Position numbers and translations under genes: made by a program. From Lepidodermella squamata (Eukaryota > Animalia > Gastrotricha): DNA of 64,000 nt. Shown here piece after piece: positions 14,560 through 26,300 of this stretch (its first letter is position 1; each line of letters starts with the position of its first letter). The notes below the pieces were generated by a model. It worked only from the letters and a program-made list of their open reading frames with translations, did not search any database and was not told the DNA's origin. The DNA lies in assembly GCA_047495785.1 (NCBI GenBank), contig JBLDXI010000046.1, forward strand, positions 1,550,001 to 1,614,000, in the 5' to 3' direction.

Positions 14560-15600
14560 CCACCAATTTTATATCCTGAGAATGAACTGAATTGTGAAAG
14601 CGGTGTTTTTATGATCTATGAAGTCGTAATATTATGCTAATTTAATTGTCTTACTTTCATCTGACAAAAAGCATCACTTCATATGCCATAAATGCTTCAG
14701 ATTCGGCGGATTACTGAAAGATTCCCCGTCATCCGTCATTTCAGTACCTGTCCTCAAAATTTCATGAAATTTGTTTGGAATCTCGAATGAATTTGACGAT
14801 TTTGGCAAAAATTGCCACGGTTCGGAAAGGTCTTGACAAGTCGCGGTTGGCATGCCTGGCCTTGACGTGGTTGCTGTCGATTCCCATTTTCGGCCCTATT
14901 TATTTGAAAAGAAAACAGCTGACGTACAGTCATAGTTGCACAACACCCGATTTCAATTGACTGAAGATAAAGATAAGCACGAAATCGCTTGACGGGTCTC
15001 AAATATGCGCCCAACTGGAGCATGAGACGTCTCATGAACTGGAGGGGAATTGAGTTGCAACTAAAAAACTAAGTAAAAACCTTGTTCTGCAGATGAAGCT
15101 GTATGAAAGAGACCGACTATGAGCAAAGTAATTGCATTCTTGCCCAAAGACACGCCGCGCATATTTTTCAAGAAACCTGGACCCTGGATCCTGAATCCGC
15201 AACAAACACAAAACTCGACAAAAGCTCAAAAGGTTCAACAAAAAAGAGAAACCCTAATTTATCACTTAATGCGAATAATTTGGCTTTAAATACAACATTC
15301 TCATTATTAAAGAAGTATGATAAATATTTTTTTATTATAATAAATTTTTGACCTTGACAGTTGATTTCACCCGCGAAGATAGAGGTTTTCATCACTGATT
15401 TGTTGGCATCGGGTGGTTGTTGGCTCTGAGCCTCAAACTGGGTCAACTGGGTCAACCTAACGGCCGATTTGCCGGAGACATCACTCATTACTCGCCCTCC
15501 GTCTTACTCTACACATTCTTAGTTCGGATGGGCTCTTTTTGTATTAACGTAGACTTTATGGATTTGATCAAATATTAAAAACAATTCTCGAGCTTGGTCC

Positions 15601-15920
15601 CAGTGCTCCAAAAAGTGGTTTTCTGTCTCGTAACCGGTCAGACAATTTTAGAAACTGTCTCTTGCCTTCCATTACAAAAACATGACATGGCTGTCATTTT
15701 GACTCCTTACTCGCGTAGTTCACAGGCAATTAGAATGGGCAAAAAGAATTTTTCCACAAAAAATTAGGATCTAAATGGCCCAGCGACCCCCAACAATCAA
15801 AATACGTGAGATTAGCGAGACAAAGCGCAGGAAACTCATCAAATCTTGTTACCCTATCAGCTTAGCCTCTGAATCTGTCTCGTAATTTAATTACTATATT
15901 ACCGTCTTTTTGGAGCTCTG
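15601..15920. mobile_element. Non-autonomous hAT-type MITE (320 bp)
   Basis: Imperfect TIRs CAGTGCTCCAAAAAG / CTTTTTGGAGCTCTG, flanked by a perfect 8-bp direct repeat CTTGGTCC (15593-15600 and 15921-15928). Confidence 0.8.
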
Positions 15921-16414
15921 CTTGGTCCACTCTCTATCATTATTCACCCTCATTTGTCTAGTCTGAACCTAGTCCACATTCTATGGCCTTTTTCTTCCAT
16001 CACAATGTTCTTCCATTGACTCAATTCCTATTTTAATTGTGTTCGTTTGTTTTGTACTCATCGCCTAAGCTTTACGGTCTCAGGTTTCACACATTCAGTT
16101 CATTCTCTTTGCCTCGAGATTACAGAAAGCGAAACTCATCTAAATCCGCCCTTTCACTGTTCGAGTACTATAGAAGAAAGAAAGTGAACCATGGAAAAAC
16201 ATCCCTCATCTTGCAACATATTGCCGTCACCCCTTTTCAGATGCCAACGTTATAAATTCAGCATCATTGAGCTGTTCAATCATCTAAATTGTTTCATCTG
16301 TCCGATTTCGTTTATCCTCAAAAATGTCTTCTGCGCATTATTTGCAAGAACACATGCCTATTTATTTTAATTTAGACTGTAGACGCACCGGTCTATTACA
16401 TTTGAACCTAACGA

Positions 16415-19400
16415 ATGGCCGCTACAGCCACGCCGGCCGTAACAACTTTTCGGGTCGTGGCTGCTCGCGGGCGCTATTCTTTCCTGAATCTTCGCTCTGA
16501 TCTAAGCTTGGTTGTGGAGCAATCACTCACAGGTGTCATCGACGGTGCTGTCATTGAATCGGTATTGCATTTCTAGTTTTAATACTTATGCGATTGCTCA
16601 ATTTCTGTTTTTCAGTTCTGCTTCAACACCTCGCTTTCGGAGGTTAGGGAGTTGAGAAACCGGTTGTGCTTATACCTACGAAAAATCTACAGAAACGACG
16701 AAGCTCCGTGCCTACCTGAGCTAACTAGCTCGCCTTCTCAGCAATTAATTGACGAAATTCTCCAAGCTGTTACATGCTTCTTCGAATTCATCCATTCCCG
16801 AAAGTATATAGTGGAATCGCCTCTTTTCCGTAGTTTCATGCACTATAAAAAGCGCTTTCAACCGGAAACTGTTGTTGTTAACACTATACAACCATCGCCG
16901 CAATCTTCTCAGCCGGTGCTTGAAGCAGCGAAAATTGAGGTCAAACCAAACATCTCCCCTCAAGATTATTTAATTGAAGCTGGGGCGTTGCTGATCGGCG
17001 CAAGGCGCAACGAAGCTGAAAAGCGTTACCCCGAGGCTTATGATTTGTATAAAACGGCGATCGAAGTGCTGTTGGAAGGTGCCAGGAAAGACTCAGACCC
17101 GGCAAGTGTGCGTCAAGTCAAGCAGAAAATCGGCTCGTTGCTCGAGAGCACGGACCGGCTGTACGAAACGCACCTGCGTGACCGACCTGCCGACGCAGCC
17201 GCTGAAGTTTCAGCGAAGGCCAATCCTTTTTCGGGCGATGTCGATTCGGTGAGTGACAACTTCGACTTCTTTGCTACTTAGTTCCGTCACGCGAAATAAT
17301 CGATGAACCCGCTTGCCGTTTCTCATTACTAATTCATGCTGCTGATAAGAGGAGCACACACACACATTTGAATAACCTTCGTTTTCATTGTTCGCCGGAG
17401 TAATAACGTTCTTAATTTTTCGCGGTTTTTGGATATGCTTATTCCTACTTAACTCCGCTTATTCTGAAATCCAGATTTCATCGCACTTACAATCCCTGGC
17501 AAGTTGCTTTGCTTTTTTGTTCTGAGTGGAAATGTTTTGTTTTATTGTGGAATTGTTTGCGTAACTCTGATAATTTTTCAGCTGGCGATGGCTGAACTGC
17601 AGCGACTTTTTCATGCTTATAAAATTGTTGGAATCGAGGGTAAAATTGTCGTACTGCAAGACCGAGAATCGCCCCGCCTCCAAGCTGTGAAAATCCTCAA
17701 GAAATCCCCTGTCAACGCTGACAGTGCAGCTCAGGCCGTCGTTCCGACTGATGTAGTCCGCATGTGCCGGCTGGTCAGTCTTCACGAGACGCAAAACTCG
17801 GTGTTACTCATGTTAGAACACGTTGCCGGTGGAACTCTGCTGAACCATGTGTGGGGCGAGGCGTACTACCCAGCGCCGTTAGCCCCGAATCCTCACCCGA
17901 TCGACCCTAACGCTTCGATATTACAGCCCGATGATGAGCCTGAGAAGCTGTTAAGGCGGAAGTGGAGTTTAAACCTGTCTTCCTCTGACTGGTCGTCTGC
18001 GTTTGTTCGATCTCAACGAACCGGTTCAACATCGCAAGCGCCGCGGCTGGACGACGCCGTAGCAGCCGGGGTGAGCACGACTGATTTCAGCAAGGTGCTG
18101 TCCCAGGTCAACCAGTCGGCTGTTTCCAGCCATTTCAGCCTCGTCGAACAATTCTCGGGCAGCAGTGCAAACACTGCCCGGCTTCACGATTCCGCCTTTT
18201 CGGAGCAGGAAGAGCCGGCCCAGCCTGACCAGGTCGTACCGGGCGTAGAAGTACCCGTCGCGGCTCAGCCGTCGATGGAGGACGTGAGAGCGTGGTTGTT
18301 GCAAATTCTAGACGGGCTCGAGGCGTTGCATCGTTACGGCATAATTTGGGCTGATTTCAACCCTAACAACGTTTTATACGATGCTGATGATAACTCGATT
18401 CGACTTACCTTCATCTGCAAATGGCCGGGCGTTGAAGTTGCGCCGCCTAGTGACGATGCAATGCGCAATGGCTACGTTGCACCTGGTAAGTATGATTTTT
18501 CTGATTTATTCTAGTTTTAAAAGAGTTATCGTATGCGGGGATGCGGAATTTAGAGTGCAATATCGCTGGCAAAATTTATTTTAAGGTGGATATGCTATTT
18601 TGTGCGAAATTTAAGGATTAATGAATTGTGGATGGCGATATCGACTTGAGTTTCCCTGACTACCCCTTTTCTTATTATTTTGGTATTTTTTTCATCAAAA
18701 CTAAATTTATTGGAAGTTCAAATCACGTTCGGAGAGAAAAAATTCAGAGTGAAAAAGCGAAAACTGATTGAATTATTAAGATGGATTTTTTTCTTCAAAA
18801 ATCTTCACCCATATATTTTTGGTGGAATTTTTTGAGACGTCCTTAACTCCTAATTTTACTTGTTGGATAGCGATCATCGAGATCGTAAGACTTGTAAGGT
18901 CTTATCAATGCTTTACCCTGAGAACGAAGTTTATCTTGAAGCGAAATAGATAAAATTCCGTTTTTCATCAACAAAATTACCGTATTTGTTCCTATAGCAG
19001 CCCGGGCTACTAAAATTTCAACCTCGAAATTTTGAAATTTGTGAAAAATAATTTTTGGCTAATCGTTTTTATCTGAGGTTTTCAAACCGACTTGACCCCT
19101 CAACCCTGGGCTACTATTAGGGATGGGCGATTACTAGTGGATGGGCTACTATTGGAACAAATACGGTATTATTTTGAGCTTTTGAAGAAGTCTAAAAATT
19201 TAAAGCTATTTTTATTTTTGATCTATTACTGCGATCAATTTGTATTGGAATCGGCTATTTTTGCTGGTTTTAACCCATCGTGAACTATTTTTTTAATATT
19301 TTGTAGAGCTACTTGGGCCATTTGCGTGGAAAACGGAAGATTTGACGCTGTCCTGTGATTATTGGAGCTTTGGAGCGTTCATGTTCCAACTGCTGACGGG

Positions 19401-19614
19401 TCATTCCCTAGGCGGGCTACTCGGTGATGTCGTACAAACGTGTTCTTCGTCCGGCTACCTCGATTCTGAAATCAGCGAACTGGTCCGGCGCCGCGTCAAA
19501 CTGCGAAATGCCGCCGCGTTATTGGAGGCTTTGTTGAAATCGAACCCGGCCGAGCGGTTGTGCTTGCCCGACTCTGTCAGGTCGCACATGTTTTTTGTCG
19601 GTGCCGATGTGTGA
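16415..19614 (+). CDS. RPS6KC1: RPS6KC1/RPS6KL1-like protein (degenerate PX-like region, MIT domain, split pseudokinase)
   Basis: Exons 16415-16561, 16616-17248, 17582-18485, 19307-19614. MIT domain (DYLIEAGALL...AYDLYKTAIEVLLEG); kinase N-lobe (AVKILKK, LEHVAGG), long insert, then LHRYGIIWADFNPNNVL, LTF replacing DFG, YVAPE and CDYWSFG. Confidence 0.8.
18980..19166. mobile_element. Tc1/mariner(pogo)-type MITE in the RPS6KC1-like intron 3
   Basis: TIRs CCGTATTTGTTCC / GGAACAAATACGG with TA on both sides; internal GGGCTACTA repeats. Confidence 0.7.
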
Positions 19615-19830
19615 GTGACACTACTCATATCCGTGATTATTATTATTACTATTTGTTTATTTTTAATTCTGAATGATAAAAACAAACACAATATGGCAAT
19701 TGCTTCTATACATATGTGATACAACTCGATGTACTATATGAAATATGCCTGAGAGAAAAAAGTGACAAATCACGCTGAATCAATATTTTATTCTTGCTGC
19801 GATTTTCTGTTCTTTTCAGAATAAAAAATC

Positions 19831-22800
19831 ATGACTTGTAATTTTCTAGAGATGGTATCTGTTATTTTGGCATCACTTTGCCTGTTGTTGGCTGTGTATT
19901 CGCATGCGCAGTACACGCCAGACTGGAAGTCAATTGACTCGCGGCCGTTGCCTCGCTGGTATGACGAGGCTAAAATTGGCATTTTCATCCATTTTGGAGT
20001 GTTCTCAGTGCCAAGTTATGGAAGTGAGTATAATCCCCCAATGGAGCCAAAAGTCCTATTATTTCTTGCCTTTCCCAGGTGAATGGTTTTGGACTGATTG
20101 GGCGGGCGGTGAAGCCGACCTGGTCAAGTTCATGAAGGACCAATAGTGAGATTTTTTAGTAGTTTGAAGGTTTCCATACTAATTTCCGATTTTTCAGCCC
20201 TCCTTCGTTCACTTACCAAGATTTTGCGAAAGATTTCGACGCCTACATGTTTGACCCAGACTGGTGGGCTGATTTGATTAAAGATTCAGGTGCTAAATAC
20301 ATGGCTATCACCTCGAAACACCACGAGGGCTACACAATGTGGCCGTCGAACGTGTCTTTCAGTTGGAATTCGAAGGACGTTGGCCCTAAAAAAGACATCA
20401 TAGGTAAAATTCGACAAAATATTTCTTTAAGCTGGAATACGTTGCGGATTTTTTTCTCTAAGGAATGTTGGCCAACTCGATTCGAAACCGAACTGACGTT
20501 GTGTTCGGGCTTTATCACAGCCTCTACGAGTGGTTCAACCCTCTATACGACCAAGATAGATCGAATAACTATCAAACAAACAGATTTGTCAATGTAATAA
20601 CATTTTTCGTTTTATTCGGGCAATTAGGATAATTTTTTGAAGTTTTCATCCCGGGCAATATTCGGGAGATTTGGCTAGATTTTTAAACTCCCAATGAAAA
20701 AAACCGAATGTTATAATTTTTCTTGGGGAATTCTAGCGAAATGTCTTGTTAAAGAAAACACCCGAAAATATTTCCATTCGGGTTTTTCCGGGTTTCCACA
20801 GGTCCTCGAGGCCTTTTCGCAAAATATTTTCAAATTTAAATTTCTTTTGGTTAATTTTTAAATTTGCCGGAAAAAACCCGGGAAAACCCGAATGGTAATA
20901 TTTTCGGTTACTATCGGGTTTTTTTTCGTTACCAAGCATTTTTCCGGTCATTTATTTGTAATTTTTATGACCTTTATCATCTAGAATTAACTTCGAGTTC
21001 GATATTATCGGTCACCTCGGGTTTACAATTTTCTATAATTTTGTTAGTAAACGTTTCCCCATTTTTGCATGTCAAGTCATGCAGATCATTTTTCTATTGT
21101 TTTTTATTACATTTGTTTTAATTTAGTTTAAGACAATGCCCGAGCTGTATGAGATTATCAATACGTACAAGCCTGAGCTGTTGTGGTCGGACGGCGACTG
21201 GGAGGCGCCGGATTTCTACTGGAACTCGACGGTTTTCCTCGCGTGGCTCTACAACAGCTCGCCTGTGAAAGACACGATTGTGACGAACGACCGCTGGGGC
21301 GACGGCATCATGTGCAACCACGGCGGCTACTGGACGTGCCAGGACCGCTACAACCCGGGCCATGTCGTGGCGCACAAGTGGGAAAACGCGTATACCCTCG
21401 ACAAGGTGTCGTGGGGCTACCGGCGCGAGGGCCTCCTGCAAGACTACCTAACCGAGCTCGAGGTGATTACGGTACTCGCGCAGACGGTCAGTTGCGGCGG
21501 CAACCTGTTGCTCAACATTGGCCCACGCAAGGACGGCCGTATTGACCCGCTCATGGAAGAACGCCTGCGGCAGATGGGTAAATGGCTGCGTATCAACGGC
21601 GAAGCTATCTACGGCTCGCAGCCTTGGATTTTCCAGAATGAAACACACGTAATAATTTTTCTATGAATTATAAATTAGATAAAATTTAGATTAATTTTTG
21701 TACCATTTTCGCATTTTTAGCTCTCATTTACAGACATTTTCAAAATCCAAGTGATACTTTTAAAAACCAGCACGTAATTTGGGTCCCCCACTAAGCAGAA
21801 GGCTTCAAAACAGGGTAAACGTACTAAACAGTCCTCCCAGCAGGCGCTCAGGCTCAGCCTCTGATTTTCAACCAATGGACTAACATGATGGTCAGCTATT
21901 CTAGCTTTTCACACCAAAAATTGAGGAACATTAGTCATGAAAACTCCGCAATGTAGCTCAGACCTCAATTTGGGCAAAAAGTCATTTTTCGAAAATTTAC
22001 CTAAATTCACAAGGTTATGATGAGCCCATATTCAGAAAATTACGCAGAATTTTATTGTAATTAATTCGATTTATTGTTGCATGGCATTTGCACCGCTTTC
22101 TGGGTTTATCCTGCTTTGTGAAGCCTTCTGCTTTGAGTGGGACCCCGAAATTGTTGGAAATTATCTGGTACTAAAACATATAGCTTGTCCCACAATTTGC
22201 GCAACCCTTTTGTAATTTTGCAAATTTTTAAAGAAATTTGACCTAATTTTGTGAAATTGAGCTACAGACAGAATCTTCCATTTTTAGTCCACGATTTTAC
22301 CGAAGAAATTAAAAAGTTACCGGAGAAAACCCCGATGGTAACTGGTTCGGTAATTTTCGGTTTTTACCTGGTTGGATCAATTTTTTCGGATTTTTTTAAT
22401 CCCATTCATAAGAGACATACTTGATTACGATTCTTAAGTCATTTTAGATCATTCTACGATTTTTTCTTCTGGCCATGACATTTCACAGAATGGAGTCAAA
22501 ATAGGAACATTCTTCAATGAGGGAAAATCAGGGAATTTTCTTCGGGATGGGAGTGTTTTCTAGTTTCCGTTCATAAATTTTCAATTTTCCTATTTTCGTG
22601 TTACTTCTGAGTTTTCGAAATATGTATCCTGACCCCAATTGAGCTCTTAATTTTCAAGTCTGAAGTTGAAGGTACGTGGAACGAAGTTACCGTCCGCAGC
22701 CACAACACTAAAAGCCTTGATTCCGAGTATTTATTTCTAATCTTATTTTTCAGTTCAAAGTCCAATTACGATTAAACGGGTTTTAATCCTATTTTCAGAT

Positions 22801-23143
22801 CCCTGTCTGGTACACGGCTCAACAGGCTATGAAGGGCGACCCTGACTCGCCTGTAACTGTCTACGCAATCGTCCTCGCCTGGCCGACGAACGATGAAAAC
22901 CTGTTGTACCTCACCCGGCTATCCCCAACCGAAACAACGACTGTCACAATGCTCGGATATACCAGCGGTGGTGCGTTGCCGTGGAAAATGATCGGCTTCG
23001 AGCCGGGAATTGCCGTTGATTTCAGCGATATTCGATTCGCAGACATGCCGTCGTATGTCGCCTGGGTGCTACGCATTGACAATCTGTCGCCGAAGCAACA
23101 GCAGATTCATCCGCTTGTTCGAGAAAATTACATCTTCAGCTAA
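19831..23143 (+). CDS. FUCA: Alpha-L-fucosidase (GH29), secreted/lysosomal
   Basis: Six exons (~19831-20022, 20079-20145, 20198-20403, 20463-20593, 21127-21648, 22799-23143). Motifs [47 protein letters not shown] (nucleophile Asp), [19 protein letters not shown]. Confidence 0.95.
21781..22146. mobile_element. MITE with ~45-bp TIRs in fucosidase intron 5
   Basis: GGGTCCCCCACTAAGCAGAAGGCTTC...GTAAAC at the left is the imperfect reverse complement of GTTTATCC...GAAGCCTTCTGCTTTGAGTGGGACCCC at the right; a second partial copy lies at ~51030-51320. Confidence 0.75.
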
Positions 23144-23390
23144 ACTGCTGCTTTTTATCCTAGACGTGCAATCAGTGCAATGATTCCTTTTTGTTATCTT
23201 ATCAGTGCGACGAAACATTCCGCGTTGTTTTAGTATTTTGTTCTTTGCTCATTGTCCTGCTTTGTCAACCTTGATAACAACAACAACTACCAATGCAATT
23301 TTTTTCGCCAAATTTATATATTTTAAAATTGATTTTAAAATAAATTATTGATTCGTTGGCATTATCTAGGCTGATATTTTGAGGTGAGAA

Positions 23391-26300
23391 ATGTCGGCGC
23401 CGTTTCGCGGGTCTTCGTTCGTTGAAAACGACCGCGAGTTGATACTTGCGGCGAGCGAACTGCCCGGATCTCTGCCCGCGAATTCGTTTCACCTGTCGCC
23501 GAACGAGCCTGGCATTCAGTTCGCAAACACGGACTACGACTTTGTTTCGCTGTCGATTCGCACGAATTCGTCCAATTCCGTGCATAGGAAAAGCCGCACT
23601 GAAAGCCACTCGCCCAGTGCGTCGATATCGAACGGCTCGCCAGAGCGGGAAGTCACCAACTTGGACATGTCAGATCTAGTCGAGTAAGCTTTCTCTCAGT
23701 ACATATTCAAATATTTCTGAATACTTGATTAAAAAATCTTCCTTAAAATACCGCAATGAGTGTAAATTTTGGACGAAAGAAGTGTGTTAAGTTTAAAATT
23801 AGGGTCGATTCCGAACATTTTGATATTTAGGACCTAGATGAGGAACAAGATTTCCGATTGATCTGCAAATTTTGGCGATTTTGACCTGATTTTTCGGCAA
23901 TTCAAGACGTTTTGCATAAAGTTGGACAGTAATTTTCGCAACATTTTCGCACAATAATTTCATCGTAGAGATTGGCCCATAGATCCACAATAAAGATAGG
24001 ATTAACCAATTTGAATTTCCAAGGTGACTTTTTTATTTGGAGCTTGGTTAGCTAATGCATGTCCCATTTTTAAATTTAGCAACTTTTTGCAATAAATTCA
24101 ATCAATTTTTTCAAATTAAAACTACCCAGAGAATCTCACATTTTTATTCCGCGATCGAAGAATATACAAATTTACCGGAGAAAACCCGGAAACCCCCGAT
24201 GGTAACTGGCGAAGTAACATGAAACCCGCGAACTTTTATTTTCTTTTCTCGAACCATTTTAACTTAAAGCATCGGAACCATCGGAATATTCAATTTTTAT
24301 ATTTTAAATAATAAGCATCGGAAAAGTCGCCTTTATATTTATTCTTATTTTCCGATGTGTTAAGACATTATGTTCGATCAAATAAGTAACTTGTTAATTT
24401 CGGAATATCTTAACACCGTCGGAATTACCTCAGGGCGTGACAATGCGAGCTGAACGAGCGTTAGTAGGTCGTGCACCTTGTACCACAATTTGATCCGACT
24501 CTCTGTAAACAAAGGTAAAATTGTCTTACGACCGTCGGAAAGAGGCAAATTACTTACGCCCAAACCATTTCCGCGCGTTGAACTTCACATGAAAATAGCA
24601 CATCAATCGTAGCACTGCTCCCTTGCCAAAGATTGTTTCGATCGCAGTAGTAATATAGCCAGCGCCATCTGCCATTACCGCCATCGGAAGATAAAGGGGC
24701 ATAAACTTTCTCAAACTACGAAAAATGACCTCGTATGCTCTGCCGTTTTCGTTGCTCGCAACTCTGAGTAAAATGGGGTGAAACTTGCGGTTTTTGTCAC
24801 TTGAGCCGCCAGGCTTCTGAGTTCGTGATTCGCACCAGGCACGAAGCTCGGCTGTTCCGAAAGAGCTTGAAAGCGCGTCAGGACCAACAGTTGCCATTCG
24901 ATGTTTTCTCTTCAACTGTTGCTTCAAATTGGCGACTTGCCTCGTTGTCAGCTTTGGATTGTCTTTGATGAGCCGCTCCCTGATGTACTTGGGTGGATCA
25001 TTGATATGATCCAGCACATATCGCCTCACCTCGGCTGTTAACACGCTTGTCGAATTGATTGGATGCACATGAGCGCCGCCACACGAAAACACGGCTTGGT
25101 CAGGAGACCATTTGAGTACACCCCGGTGGGGGCAATCCTTTGAGCCTGACTTCCGATGCTTACAGACGTAATAGCATGTTTGCTTGTTGAAACCGCTCTT
25201 CGTAGTGTCAATCCAGAGAATGCTGTAGTTCCGCTAGACATGGAATGTAATGCCGAATGGCAAAGCTTCGAACAAATCAAACTCAAATTCATCTGTCGGC
25301 TTCGGGTCGGCAATAAAGTCATTTTCATCGTCAACCAGAGCAGGGTCATCTTCATCCCAGTCCTGATCTTGATTCTCGACCGACTGCCCATCGATAGCCT
25401 CGTCGGAGTCCTCAAATTCCTCTACACTTCCGTCAGATTCGTACAATTTCAAAAAGTTCATGTTTCAAATGATGAAAATTGGGAGAATAAATTAATGTTT
25501 AATAAATCGTTCATTGCTGCTTCAATTTAGCGCGAATTCCGACGGTTTAAGGTAGTGTTACGATACATTAGTCGCGTGTTCCGATGAAATAAATCAAAAC
25601 AAGTCATTCCGATGGTTTAATTTACTTTCCTTGCGATTTTTGTATTTCCGACGCTTTAAGTCAAAATGGTACGCGAAAAGAAAATAAAGGTTCGATGATA
25701 TTAGCTGAGTCCTAACTGGCTTGGTAATTTTCGGTATTTTGCCCAGTTTGTTTAAATTTCATCGGATTATTTTGATCCCATTGACGAGTTCCTTACCTGA
25801 TTACTGTTCTCGCGACATTTTGAATTTTTTTATGATTTTTATGGCAGCTGGCAGTGAGATATAGCGTGTCCCATAAGTAACGCAATCAAATAAAATACAC
25901 GGAAGATGGTTCAGAAACTCTGAAATTAGAGACGAAGCAGCATCTCATTGCCCCAAATTTCTTAGAAAAATTCATAAAATCACGAGAATAGTAATCAAGT
26001 ATGTCACTTGCTGATGGGAATAAAAAGTCCGGAGAAATTTGGCCCAACCGGATAAATTACCGAAAATTACCGAACCAGTTGCCATCGGGGTTTTCCGGGA
26101 TTTTTCCGTAAATTTTTTATTTCTTTGGGTAAATCGCGGATGAGAGATAGAATATCCCTAAGTAGGGTTCGTTGAAAAAAATTAGTTCAATTTCCTACAA
26201 AATATTGCTAAATTGAAAAATAGGAGCGCATTTTAGAGTTTTTAAACCCTCTTTCATGCATTTTATGGGACACGCTTTATTAGTGACCGAATTAGCCATT

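Noticed and set aside
17582-18485. Missing HRD/DFG motifs and split kinase domain as a novelty
   Set aside because: Known property of the RPS6KC1/RPS6KL1 pseudokinase family.
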